This document shows, in pieces, positions 1 to 9,739 of a DNA stretch of 64,000 nt; position 1 is the stretch's first letter, and each line of letters opens with the position of its first letter. This DNA is from a virus. Location of the stretch: positions 5,074 through 69,073 of the IMG/VR virus record IMGVR_UViG_3300034073_004742. The stretch is one strand, 5' to 3'. A program made the translations under genes and the position numbers. The notes beneath the pieces were generated by a model that was not told the origin of the DNA, searched no databases, and worked only from the letters and a program-made list of their open reading frames with translations.

Positions 1-36
1 GACTAAAATGCGAATGACAATGAAGAACAGAATAGG

Positions 37-2025
37 TCATACTGATCCTGGTGCTTTGTAAGATCCAAAAGAATGATTCGGGTGTTTGTACATACTCATT
101 GTAGCATCGATCCCGTAAAGTTCAAGGTCGTGCTTGACTTGTTCGCACTTTGTCATGACAGATCCTTTTTGACATATTTGTCCATCTCTATATTCCTCCA
201 AAGGTTGTATGCTAGTATTTTCAAAAGTGGTTTTACCGAAATGGCATAATTTATTACACATCCATGTTTTATTAAGCTTAGGACGTTTTGTTTTCTTAAT
301 AATATCAAATTTTTCTCTCAACATATTTTCTGTGTCTATGAGATCGCTATCATGAAATACCATAGAAAAAGGACCACCATCATTAATAAAGTAGATAGAA
401 AAAATTACATTTTCAATATGCGGATATAATTTTTTAATAGCATAGTGATAAATTTTAAGTTGTGGATCTTTTTCTAACTTTTCTTGGGTTTTTTCTTGAC
501 CGGTTGCCCAATCTAGTCTTCGTCCAGTATTATGTGTTGGAATATAATTTTCTGTACACAGATAAGTATTGTCTGGACTGTCTACGGAAATGCATTGAGT
601 TTTTTGTATAATCGATTCTTCTATTTTAGAAACTCGTCTAACCCTAGATCTTCCAGATCCCCAATTTACATCCACAAGTTCTTTTTTCCTGTTCAATAGA
701 AAAGGATTAATATCAATTGGACGAAACGAAATAGGATATATGATTACGTTTTTTTTGTAATTTGTATCTCTTTTAATACACGCTTGATTCGGTCTTTGCC
801 CAAGGGTTAAAAGTAGGTCTTTAACATCGTCGGATAGTTTTTTATTACAAGAAGTAAAGATGGTTTGTTTTCTAATTGGATTTACATTTCCGTCTGTATC
901 CATCAAACCCCTTAGTAAGTCTAGTCTTTGTTGAAAAGATGCTCTCAAATAAATTTTTGGTATATGTTTATTATTCAATAGGTTTAAAGATTTTAGTATT
1001 TTTGTCACATTTAGGATCGATACTGTCTTATTTTTTGATCTTTTATCATTTTGAATTTTTCCTAGCTCATAACCTCTTGCTTGTATTTCTTCAAAAATTT
1101 CGATATCATTGCCACTAATCTCGCAGCCTCTATTTCTTCCGTCTCCTAACCAGACTCCTAATAGATAAGGATCTATTGGTAGGGATTGTTCATTACATTT
1201 TAATGGTTTTGTCACATTAATAGTATCGCCAATAGCTAGATCCTGTATAGATACCGTTTCACCATTAGATAATTTCCATAAATGCTCATCGTCACAAATT
1301 ACCGATGTTTTGTCATCAAAAGTTACTCTGAAACATTTTTTTGTTTTGACTTTTGATTTTCCAACAACGCGACATATATTACCGTATTGATCAAAAACAT
1401 TACATCCCACATTTATATCTGCAATTGTTGTCCATCCGTCAAGAGTAGGTAATTTTGTATCTAATGGCAATCCTTTCCAATCTATGACCTCAATAGTATT
1501 ATCATTGGCCAAAGTTATAAGATCTATAGTGCCTTTTAAACCCAAATATCCATCTAGTTTTTGATTATTGATATTATACTCGTATTTAGCCCATGGTTTT
1601 TCTATTACCAAATCAAAATGTTGTTCTGGTCTAAGAATTGTGCGATTTCTAGGATCAAACATACCACCATTAAATTCTATAGCCTTGTAAACCCAATTAT
1701 AGCAGTCCTTATAATCTTTTAGAGTCCAAGTATGATGACTATTAGCGGTACTATAATGCTTGTATACTTTTTCTATTATGGTATTAAGACTATAGTCGTT
1801 TATATCTATAAGACCTAAGAATTCGTCGTCGTTTATATGAGATAATTTATCTTGCTGACCTTGTTTGATCATAGCAAGAATTTCTAAAACTTTATGGACT
1901 ATTGTTCCTTTATCCGCCTTTTGTCCACTTGGACCCCTCCATCCTAGTACATATTCAAAAAAAAATTGTTGTTCACACATAGAATGGGCATTATAAGATG
2001 AACTACGGAAATAAGTTATAATCAT
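37..2025 (-). CDS. PD-(D/E)XK exonuclease, AddB/Cas4-like with probable Fe-S cluster, interrupted by an intein (spliced product about 347 aa)
   Basis: IDLITL...EVIDWK|TG nuclease motif; one N-terminal Cys (HSMCEQQF) and C-terminal CNKLC...C as in AddB/Cas4-type Fe-S staples; Hint and LAGLIDADG blocks at residues 185-499. Confidence 0.85.
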   Translation of the reverse strand: MIITYFRSSSYNAHSMCEQQFFFEYVLGWRGPSGQKADKGTIVHKVLEILAMIKQGQQDKLSHINDDEFLGLIDINDYSLNTIIEKVYKHYSTANSHHTWTLKDYKDCYNWVYKAIEFNGGMFDPRNRTILRPEQHFDLVIEKPWAKYEYNINNQKLDGYLGLKGTIDLITLANDNTIEVIDWKGLPLDTKLPTLDGWTTIADINVGCNVFDQYGNICRVVGKSKVKTKKCFRVTFDDKTSVICDDEHLWKLSNGETVSIQDLAIGDTINVTKPLKCNEQSLPIDPYLLGVWLGDGRNRGCEISGNDIEIFEEIQARGYELGKIQNDKRSKNKTVSILNVTKILKSLNLLNNKHIPKIYLRASFQQRLDLLRGLMDTDGNVNPIRKQTIFTSCNKKLSDDVKDLLLTLGQRPNQACIKRDTNYKKNVIIYPISFRPIDINPFLLNRKKELVDVNWGSGRSRVRRVSKIEESIIQKTQCISVDSPDNTYLCTENYIPTHNTGRRLDWATGQEKTQEKLEKDPQLKIYHYAIKKLYPHIENVIFSIYFINDGGPFSMVFHDSDLIDTENMLREKFDIIKKTKRPKLNKTWMCNKLCHFGKTTFENTSIQPLEEYRDGQICQKGSVMTKCEQVKHDLELYGIDATMSMYKHPNHSFGSYKAPGSV
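529..1473 (-). mobile_element. Class 3 (WCT) intein with LAGLIDADG homing endonuclease, 315 aa, Gly1 / Asn end / Thr+1
   Basis: Starts GLPLDTKLPTLDGW, block B ICDDEHLW, block C LLGVWLGDG, block E LRGLMDTDG, block F TQCISVDS, ends IPTHN|T; removal restores DWK-TGRR. Confidence 0.9.
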
Positions 2026-2034
2026 GATATCCTA

Positions 2035-2628
2035 TTATTGGGGTATTACATTAAAATGTAACATAAGTTTTTTAAGTTTATCGTATTGCTCTCTAACTGT
2101 CATATGTTCATTATTAATGATAGCATTAAAATTATTCCAATCATATCTACAAGCATCCAATATTGATTCACTAATATGTTCTGATTTGTGTGGATTTCTA
2201 TTTAGTCGAAATACTATTCCTCCATTATTTTTTATAGCTTCTACTTCATTAGGAAATCTACAATCAGAAACTATAACAACTTGAAGTTTACTCTTTTTAA
2301 TTTTATTGATAAGAGCATTTACCCAAACATTATTATTTAATTTTCTAAATAAGTCAGTACCTATTAATTGCATTAAATCTCTAGCTGTTAGTTGCTTATC
2401 TTCCCAATAGGCATCAACTAGTTCATTCTTGTTATGATCTTCGCCATAACACTGAGCATATGATAATCCAAACATATTCATGCATATGTCTTCTTTTAAT
2501 GGGTCTGCAAAGTTATATATTTCAACATCAGAATATCCATTGGATAATAATAATCCTTTTAAAAATTCTGAACAAATAGTTTTGCCAGACTGCTTACGGC
2601 CAGAAAATGCTATTATTTTAGTATTCAT
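2035..2628 (-). CDS. Deoxynucleoside monophosphate kinase
   Basis: IIAFSGRKQSGKT P-loop, NFADPLK, RDLMQLIGTD, VSDCRFPNE. Confidence 0.85.
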   Translation of the reverse strand: MNTKIIAFSGRKQSGKTICSEFLKGLLLSNGYSDVEIYNFADPLKEDICMNMFGLSYAQCYGEDHNKNELVDAYWEDKQLTARDLMQLIGTDLFRKLNNNVWVNALINKIKKSKLQVVIVSDCRFPNEVEAIKNNGGIVFRLNRNPHKSEHISESILDACRYDWNNFNAIINNEHMTVREQYDKLKKLMLHFNVIPQ

Positions 2629-3782
2629 TAGTATTTATCTTTTAATTGTGGTAAAATAATCTCTTTTACTTCAGCTACTGACATATCAGCAACATCACTG
2701 TGGTCAATATCAATATAGAAAACATTATATGTCTTATGACATTTATCATAGATTTTTTGAGCAGCTCTTTTGCCAGCGTCATCATTGTCCATAAGTATAT
2801 ATATGCTCATTGCTCCAGAAATATCCAATAACAATTTTTGTTTTTCTTGTAATACAGAGCCGAATAGGGCTACGCTATTATGAATTCCGGCCTCTTCTAG
2901 TCTCCAAACATTTCCTGGGCTTTCAACCAAAATAATATTTTTATTCTGTTGTATATAGTCTTTTGCATACCATAGATTATATAAATACTCTTGTGTTTTA
3001 AATCCCTTATTATGTTTCCACTTAGAATATTGCCATGAATAATCTGAATTCGGACAATCTTTTGTTAAATTATGATAACTTTTACATTTAGAGCATTGAG
3101 TAAAAATGCTTCTGCCAGAACAACCTACCATATGTTCATGAGTGTCGTCGTATACTGGCACAACAGCCCTATCGCCCATTTCTTTTTCGGAACTTAAACA
3201 TTCACCAACATCATATTTGATAAGTATCTCAGGAGAAAATCCTCTACTAATAAAATAATCTGATGGAATTTTTAAATTCTTTACTATTTTATCTCTTGTG
3301 ATTTTAGGAGTATCGTCAACAGATCTAATATCTGTTTGTATATTATTAACAATATTTACAAAATTATTTTTTTCTACTTCTTTTTTACTAACTTTTATTT
3401 GACTAGGATTCTTTTTAGTAAAATTAATAGCATATTCTACAGCATCATTAAAAGAAACGGTTGGATCGCCCGGTCCTGTCCAACCATTTTGTTTAGACAA
3501 ACAACCTCTTATAAATCCTATAATAGATCCTTTGAATGTTTCTTCGCATTGATGCGTTCTGCATTTCCAGTTGCCTCTATATGAGTCTCCTTTGTAATAT
3601 AAATTACAAGCAGAATTATTATCTCCGCCATGAATTGGACATCTCATGGCTATCATGCGATCAAAAGTTTTGTATTCTCCAACATTTAAATTATCTAGTA
3701 AATTATCTATATCTTCACATAAATAATCAGATAGTATCTTAAGTTGTTGTTGATTATACGAACGGGATTTCTTGATCGTCAT
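2628..3782 (-). CDS. DNA primase (DnaG-like, Zn finger plus TOPRIM)
   Basis: CPIHGGDN...WKCRTHQC Zn finger; ILVESPGNV and LMDNDDAG TOPRIM motifs; start taken at MTIKKS (3782), the ORF track opens at 3797. Confidence 0.8.
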   Translation of the reverse strand: MTIKKSRSYNQQQLKILSDYLCEDIDNLLDNLNVGEYKTFDRMIAMRCPIHGGDNNSACNLYYKGDSYRGNWKCRTHQCEETFKGSIIGFIRGCLSKQNGWTGPGDPTVSFNDAVEYAINFTKKNPSQIKVSKKEVEKNNFVNIVNNIQTDIRSVDDTPKITRDKIVKNLKIPSDYFISRGFSPEILIKYDVGECLSSEKEMGDRAVVPVYDDTHEHMVGCSGRSIFTQCSKCKSYHNLTKDCPNSDYSWQYSKWKHNKGFKTQEYLYNLWYAKDYIQQNKNIILVESPGNVWRLEEAGIHNSVALFGSVLQEKQKLLLDISGAMSIYILMDNDDAGKRAAQKIYDKCHKTYNVFYIDIDHSDVADMSVAEVKEIILPQLKDKY

Positions 3783-5220
3783 TGTTGTTCTCATCATTAA
3801 CGATAAATCCTTTGTCTGTGTTAGTATTATTATTTACTAATTCCAATCTTGTCTTACCTTCTTCAATTTTTGCACACCAGCCCTTCATGTGACAATTAAT
3901 ATAGTCATTGTCGTCTAGACCTCCACCGTGTCTACTAATAATAGGAACAAGTTTTCTATTACCATTAGTCGGTCCGTCTTCGGCAATCTCTTCGTCGCTT
4001 TTTCTTTTGAAAATAGTAAAATTGCTACATAACCATATTATACGATCAGAGCCGCTGGCGGTATCTGTGGTTTCTTTTGTTATACCATCCCTATTTAATT
4101 GTATAAAACCAAGAATAGGAACTTTATATCTGACAGCAAAATTATGTAAGCTTGTCATCATAAAACCTAAAACCTGATACTCTTTCATATCCTGAGATAT
4201 TCCTGCACTATCCATTAGTTTTAGATAATCATAAACAATAACGCAGTCTTTGGCTGTTCCATCTGGGTGTAGCCCAACCTCTTTAACCAACCATCTTCTC
4301 ATGATAGCCAATTGTTCTTCAAATGGTTTACCAGCGATTGACTTGTAATACAGTCTAACATCTTTAAGTTCTTTTTGAGCCGTTTGTAATCTATTATTTT
4401 TATCCGGAGACTCAAATGCTTTACCGGTTTCTATACTTGAAATCTCTATTTCTGTCATCATGGCCAAAACCCTATTAAGATGATCGTCTGTGCTCATCTC
4501 GGTGTCCATATTTAATACTGGCACTTTGACATTTTTTGCTATGTGTAAACCAATATTATCTGCTAGCAGAGTCTTACCAGTTTTTGGTCTTGCAGCTATA
4601 ATACTTACTGATCCTTTTCTAAGACCACCACCTATAGCATTGTCATAAACATGAAATCCTGTAGATATGCCAACTTGATCAATGGGATTTTCTTTGATAT
4701 TATTGATATAATCATCAACGATATTTGCTATACAAACAGGATTATTGTCGGTATCATTTAGCAGTGTTGAGAAATTGAAGATACTATCTTCTGCTAATCC
4801 TATAATCGACGATATTGGTTCGGCACCGGTTATATCTAATAATTTTTCTTTTGCTTCTTCTAGTTGATCTCTAAGTAATCTAGCTATTTGTAGTTTTCTA
4901 ATTTTAGCTGCAAATTTTCTAACATTTTCTAGATTAACCGGAAAATCTATAATAGCTTTTAAATGTTGAGTCTCATTTTTTTGAGATAAAATATGACCAA
5001 AATTTAATGATTGAGCAACAGATAGTATTGAGGCTATATCTATAGAAGGACTATGATCTTTTTCACATATTTCTTTTATTACTTGATATATCATTATATT
5101 ACTATCAACAGTAAATGTTGATGGCTGTATAATATCCGCAATATCTAAGTATGCATTTTCACCGTATTTGCATATTCCAGACAATACCGCTCTTTCTGCG
5201 GCAGGATCACAAAGTATCAT
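3754..5220 (-). CDS. dnaB: Replicative DNA helicase DnaB
   Basis: AAERAVLSGI N-domain, IIAARPKTGKT Walker A, DTEMS, IVYDYLKLM, QLNRDG, SGSDRI. Confidence 0.93.
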   Translation of the reverse strand: MILCDPAAERAVLSGICKYGENAYLDIADIIQPSTFTVDSNIMIYQVIKEICEKDHSPSIDIASILSVAQSLNFGHILSQKNETQHLKAIIDFPVNLENVRKFAAKIRKLQIARLLRDQLEEAKEKLLDITGAEPISSIIGLAEDSIFNFSTLLNDTDNNPVCIANIVDDYINNIKENPIDQVGISTGFHVYDNAIGGGLRKGSVSIIAARPKTGKTLLADNIGLHIAKNVKVPVLNMDTEMSTDDHLNRVLAMMTEIEISSIETGKAFESPDKNNRLQTAQKELKDVRLYYKSIAGKPFEEQLAIMRRWLVKEVGLHPDGTAKDCVIVYDYLKLMDSAGISQDMKEYQVLGFMMTSLHNFAVRYKVPILGFIQLNRDGITKETTDTASGSDRIIWLCSNFTIFKRKSDEEIAEDGPTNGNRKLVPIISRHGGGLDDNDYINCHMKGWCAKIEEGKTRLELVNNNTNTDKGFIVNDENNNDDQEIPFV

Positions 5221-5223
5221 TTT

Positions 5224-5625
5224 TCATCCAGCGTTTGTTGAACAGTTATTACATTTATAGCGAGAAGGACTATCATGCACAAGGGCCGGATTTATATTTT
5301 CTGTTTTTCCACATACTCTGCATTTCACAGATATCGGCTCGTATTCTCTTGTTCGTGCAACTGGTGGATGTTTTGCTAATTTTTCATCTATTAGATTATC
5401 ATCTTTGTGCATATGAAACTCACTCATTTTTTCAAATTTATTACCAGACTGTGCTGGAAGTCTTTTATTTTTAGTACGGATACTATTTGTTAGTTGAGTA
5501 TCTTCGCTCTCGACAGAGGAAATCTCTTCTTTTGTTTCAGCTTTTTCGTCTGGTAACAAAGACTGAAGTACGGTAATTAAATTTTTTATTTGTTCTGGGT
5601 TGTTTAATAAATCTTTAAGATCCAT
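5224..5625 (-). CDS. Hypothetical protein with C-terminal Zn ribbon
   Basis: CRVCG...CNNC; in-line spacing with neighbours. Confidence 0.7.
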   Translation of the reverse strand: MDLKDLLNNPEQIKNLITVLQSLLPDEKAETKEEISSVESEDTQLTNSIRTKNKRLPAQSGNKFEKMSEFHMHKDDNLIDEKLAKHPPVARTREYEPISVKCRVCGKTENINPALVHDSPSRYKCNNCSTNAG

Positions 5626-6106
5626 GTTTACTTTTACTCTTTTGGATGGAAATCATAACATCAGATAAGTTTTTTATACTATTAGCAAGATATTGCAATC
5701 TATCACTACGTTGTTTTGCATATTTTTTTATACTATTCAATCCATTAGCTTTTTCATTATGTTTAATAGCCTGTATTGATTTTTCAATATAACCATATCC
5801 TTTATAGTTATTAATATCGTCTGCTATAACTTCTTTTATATTTTCGTCCGCCCAGTTATATCTTGCTATTTCTCTATTTAAACTACGTTGTACATAGAAA
5901 GAGAATTGGGATAATCTATATGATATTTGCGCACAATCTTCTGGACTTAATTTCTCTATTTCATCTCTGTTCATTGATGTATATTTATTAATTTCTTCCG
6001 ATGGTATAATACTAGCAGAGAATTCCGATAAACCTATAGAATTTTCGTATTCGTCTAAGATTTTATCCCAATACTGTAATTCTTCTTTAGATGATTTGCT
6101 GTTCAT
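5615..6106 (-). CDS. Helical protein, possibly UvsY-like recombination mediator
   Basis: Coiled-coil-like composition and position two genes from recA; functional call is contextual only. Confidence 0.35.
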   Translation of the reverse strand: MNSKSSKEELQYWDKILDEYENSIGLSEFSASIIPSEEINKYTSMNRDEIEKLSPEDCAQISYRLSQFSFYVQRSLNREIARYNWADENIKEVIADDINNYKGYGYIEKSIQAIKHNEKANGLNSIKKYAKQRSDRLQYLANSIKNLSDVMISIQKSKSKHGS

Positions 6107-6506
6107 GATTTATTCTTTGTGTCCATTGATCTATATTTTCATGATATGGTAATTCTATGTATCTTATATTATTAATATTGCACCATTCTGATTTTTCTCT
6201 ATCTTTTTTTTGAGCTTTAAGAAAACTCATCATGTTACCATGATAATATGGCACATACTTATAGTGTTGTTCTCCATGAACCTCAACACACCATTTTAAT
6301 AGTGGTAGATAAAAATCTAAATATGCTATTTGGCCTTTTCTTATTGGTATCAAAACTTCTTCCAAGATTTGTAGTGTTGGATGAAGAGAAATTAATAGGT
6401 TTCTTGCCTGCAAATGGTATGACGACTTATTCTGTATTTTACCTTTCGAAACGTAACCTGTCAAGGCCCAAGAAACAACTTCTCCATCCAAATTAGTTAT
6501 ATTCAT
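6087..6506 (-). CDS. Vsr/DUF559-like restriction-fold endonuclease
   Basis: YLDFYLP...CVEVHGEQHY...KAQKKDREK...IELPY. Confidence 0.7.
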   Translation of the reverse strand: MNITNLDGEVVSWALTGYVSKGKIQNKSSYHLQARNLLISLHPTLQILEEVLIPIRKGQIAYLDFYLPLLKWCVEVHGEQHYKYVPYYHGNMMSFLKAQKKDREKSEWCNINNIRYIELPYHENIDQWTQRINHEQQII

Positions 6507-7519
6507 TACTTTTTAATACCCAACAGGCTTTTAACAGAATCTTCGACCTCTTTTGCTATTTCTGGATTTTCCATCAAAAATATTCTGGTTTTTTCTGCTC
6601 CTTGAAATTTATGAGAGTCTTTGCTGGTTTTGATGGTATACCATGCTCCACCTTTATTTATAACTCCGACGTCCGAGGCCAAATTAACAAGCTCTGTGAG
6701 CTTATCTATACCTTCGTTATACCGAATAAAGCTTTTTGCTACTCCTCCAGGAGGACCGAGAGCAGAACAAATAACTTGCCATTCAACCTCTTGGCCTATC
6801 TGAGTATCGTCTGCTCCTAAAGACCATGGTTTAGAACTTTTTGCTCGTAGTTTAATATCGGTTTGATACGCGATACCTTGACCGCTTTTCTCCTTAAATT
6901 CTGCCCCGTATCCTGTTGGATTACCCATCAAATGAGTAATCCCAATCACAATATTTTTATTTACAGGAATAACATTAGAAACTTTTCTACAGAATTTAGC
7001 TAATAATTTTGCACCGTCTGCTCTTTGCATTTTATCCATATCGCTGGTGATTTCAGCTTCTGTGCATAGCGCAGAATAAGAGTCGATGATTACTATCGAG
7101 CCAGGAATTTCATTAATAATTCTTTCTGCTATTTGTAGATATTCTTCAGCATGTAAAATCTTACCCTGTTGAGATCCTATAATATGAAATCGAGTTAAAT
7201 CTAATCCTTTAATACCCAATAAATCTCTTTGTTTTAGTCTACCTTCAATATTTAGGTAGTACACTTCTCTGGGATTTTTTAGATCTCCTTGGTATTCTGG
7301 TTTTTGTGCTGTGGTGGCAAAGTCTAGTGAGGATAAAGTTTTTCCACATTTAGGTTGTCCTGTAAATATCACAAAACTACCTTCTGGTATTCCTCCGCCT
7401 AGAACTATATCCAGAGCAGGACTAATAGGAATAGTGAGTATCTTTTTTTCTACCAGTGAATTACCTGATAATATAATATCGTCTCCAAAATTTTTAATTA
7501 TATCTTCTTTAAGACTCAT
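6506..7519 (-). CDS. recA: RecA/UvsX recombinase
   Basis: LDIVLGGGIPEG, FTGQPKCGKT Walker A, IVIIDSYSAL. Confidence 0.9.
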   Translation of the reverse strand: MSLKEDIIKNFGDDIILSGNSLVEKKILTIPISPALDIVLGGGIPEGSFVIFTGQPKCGKTLSSLDFATTAQKPEYQGDLKNPREVYYLNIEGRLKQRDLLGIKGLDLTRFHIIGSQQGKILHAEEYLQIAERIINEIPGSIVIIDSYSALCTEAEITSDMDKMQRADGAKLLAKFCRKVSNVIPVNKNIVIGITHLMGNPTGYGAEFKEKSGQGIAYQTDIKLRAKSSKPWSLGADDTQIGQEVEWQVICSALGPPGGVAKSFIRYNEGIDKLTELVNLASDVGVINKGGAWYTIKTSKDSHKFQGAEKTRIFLMENPEIAKEVEDSVKSLLGIKK

Positions 7520-7931
7520 TATCTATATCCTCTAGTTTTGAAAGTATATTATTAGATTTTTTATGATTGTTTGTTTTATATTTTTTATGAGATGATCTGT
7601 CTATATCTTTTGAAAATTCTTTGTTTTGTGAATCTAAGATTTTCTGATGATGTTCTATAATAGGTTTGAGCATGGGCGCTCGCAACGAATAAGTATTCAC
7701 GGTTTTGCTATCTTGTAAGGCTTTTACTATAGCCAAAGGATTATATTGTTTGACTAACTTATTTGCTGTTGCAATCTGATTTCTATAAAAAGCAGACCAT
7801 TCTTTATTTAGCCAAAATTTATAGTGAATATCTTTTTTGTCAAGTTTTGCCTTTTTTTCACAAATAATTTCTGTGATATATTGGGCAGCAGATACTTCCT
7901 TATTATTGGAGTATCTAGATATGAATTTCAT
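7509..7931 (-). CDS. Hypothetical protein
   Basis: 140-aa ORF overlapping both neighbours in operon fashion. Confidence 0.7.
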   Translation of the reverse strand: MKFISRYSNNKEVSAAQYITEIICEKKAKLDKKDIHYKFWLNKEWSAFYRNQIATANKLVKQYNPLAIVKALQDSKTVNTYSLRAPMLKPIIEHHQKILDSQNKEFSKDIDRSSHKKYKTNNHKKSNNILSKLEDIDNES

Positions 7932-8230
7932 TTGGTGAACGGTTTGAATATATGGTCTGGTGACTTTTGCGGATTAGACAATTTTGATCTGTTATGGTCG
8001 TTCATCATAGATGCTTCTTGTGTCATAATAGCAACGGTGTTATTTTTTTTAACAGCAGTTTTTGTTATCATCAAATCTTTAGCTGTTGGTTGTTGATTCA
8101 CTTTTATCAGATTTTCTGATTCTATCACCGATTGTACGCTCTCAACAGATAAATTAGTTTCAGAAGCTATTTGTTCTGTTGTAAAATTCTGAGAAAATAA
8201 ATATTTGATAGCGTAAATATTATTTTTTGA
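7928..8230 (-). CDS. Hypothetical protein with N-terminal HTH-like segment
   Basis: FTTEQIASETNLSVESVQSVI; likely start MAKISK (about 8242) rather than 8275, so the start is uncertain. Confidence 0.5.
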   Translation of the reverse strand, partial: SKNNIYAIKYLFSQNFTTEQIASETNLSVESVQSVIESENLIKVNQQPTAKDLMITKTAVKKNNTVAIMTQEASMMNDHNRSKLSNPQKSPDHIFKPFTK

Positions 8231-8241
8231 TATTTTTGCCA

Positions 8242-8634
8242 TTACATCCTCTCTCTTTCTGCTTTGATAAGCCAAGCTGAATTGCCTGTTAATAAAAAAT
8301 TTAGATAAAATGAAAATGTGATAGAGTTTACAGATACAAATTTACTAGCTGGTCTTACAACATTATGTAGAAAACTGTAGCTTTGTTCTCTGTCTAATTT
8401 TGATATTGGATTAAATAATTGATTATTATTTGAAACTTTTATTTGATAAAACGCATTATTGTCTTTATACAAGATTTTGGCCAATGTATTAGAATTCTCA
8501 GAAATAGTTCTGCCATAATTATTATCATCTATAAAATCAGCATACTCTTTTTGACAAAAATATTGATTTTGTAATATTTTTTTTGTATTTGTGTCTTGTT
8601 TAAAAATGAAATTTTCAGTTATATTTTGATCCAT
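8242..8634 (-). CDS. Hypothetical protein (paralog of 9332..9739)
   Basis: Aligns by eye with 9332..9739 along its whole length. Confidence 0.7.
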   Translation of the reverse strand: MDQNITENFIFKQDTNTKKILQNQYFCQKEYADFIDDNNYGRTISENSNTLAKILYKDNNAFYQIKVSNNNQLFNPISKLDREQSYSFLHNVVRPASKFVSVNSITFSFYLNFLLTGNSAWLIKAERERM

Positions 8635-8983
8635 TGACTTCTGCTTTCTCTGCTGATGTTAGCATACAGTTTTCTAGGTAATTAAAAAATATTTTTACAT
8701 ATTCATTATGGTCGTTTCCAGATGGCACCGGTATAAAATAATTATTAGCATAAACGTTTCTGTGTTCTGGAAATTCGGAGCCTTCTATATTTTCCATAAT
8801 ATTTGCTGTCATATTTATGAATATTTCGTATTGAGCATTGGTTTGTTTTCTAATTTTATTTATATCGTCAAAAATATACTTATATTCTGATAGATTTACA
8901 GACTCTTCATCTGTTATTTGTTTTATTTGGTTTCTTAAAAAGTCTGCATAGTCAGTACCAGATGGTAAGGGCTGATTATCCAT
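8615..8983 (-). CDS. Hypothetical protein
   Basis: 122-aa ORF, operon packing. Confidence 0.65.
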   Translation of the reverse strand: MDNQPLPSGTDYADFLRNQIKQITDEESVNLSEYKYIFDDINKIRKQTNAQYEIFINMTANIMENIEGSEFPEHRNVYANNYFIPVPSGNDHNEYVKIFFNYLENCMLTSAEKAEVNGSKYN

Positions 8984-8986
8984 ATG

Positions 8987-9328
8987 TTAAGTCCATTTCG
9001 TTTTTGGTGGTTTTTTTATTCTATTCATACCTTTTGGTAAAACATTATCATTTGTTGATTTATATGAATTATGTTTTGAATAAAGAGTTTGTTTTTGGTC
9101 ATCGCTCAGTCTGTCTCTATTCCTATTAGCTAAATCCCCGATGGTTTTTAGTTCACTATCATGTTTTTTAATAGATCCTTGAATGCTTGATACATCATCA
9201 GCATAACTTCTTTCTGTTTGTTTACTATTACACAAACTACATTTTGGAGAAGCTATATAGTCTTTAATATAAAAAAATAGTTCAAATTTTTTGGAACAGG
9301 AGTTGCATATGTATGTGTAGGTCGGCAT
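8987..9328 (-). CDS. FmdB-family Zn-ribbon protein
   Basis: MPTYTYICNSC...FE...CSLC. Confidence 0.8.
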   Translation of the reverse strand: MPTYTYICNSCSKKFELFFYIKDYIASPKCSLCNSKQTERSYADDVSSIQGSIKKHDSELKTIGDLANRNRDRLSDDQKQTLYSKHNSYKSTNDNVLPKGMNRIKKPPKTKWT

Positions 9329-9331
9329 GAT

Positions 9332-9739
9332 TTATTTTAGGTCTCTTTGAGCATCTTTTAGCCAAGATAGATTTTTTGTCTTTAGAAAAGTTATGTATTT
9401 TTGAAATACTTGTGGGGTGACCTCTTTAAAATCCCATTCGCTTTTACATATGCTATTAATAAATGATAAAGAATTTTTTTCTTCTATAGAAGATAGAATT
9501 TTCTTAGGATTGAAAATTTTTGAATTTGGATCCAATTTAATGTAATATCTACCATAAGATTTATCATTATCGGTAAAATGTTTTGGTTTTTTAGAAAATA
9601 CTATTTTGGCAACAGCATTTGACATATTCTCGTTGTTTAATCTTGGATATCCATCATCATCAAGATAGTCTTCGAGTCCTAATAAACAATAAAATTTATC
9701 TTCATTAGAAGTAGATCGATTTGTATTAAAAATAGCCAT
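9332..9739 (-). CDS. Hypothetical protein (paralog of 8242..8634)
   Basis: Shared F/Y-C..D(F/Y)(I/L)DD..Y, AKI, FNP and FL...N..WL..A.R motifs. Confidence 0.7.
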   Translation of the reverse strand: MAIFNTNRSTSNEDKFYCLLGLEDYLDDDGYPRLNNENMSNAVAKIVFSKKPKHFTDNDKSYGRYYIKLDPNSKIFNPKKILSSIEEKNSLSFINSICKSEWDFKEVTPQVFQKYITFLKTKNLSWLKDAQRDLK

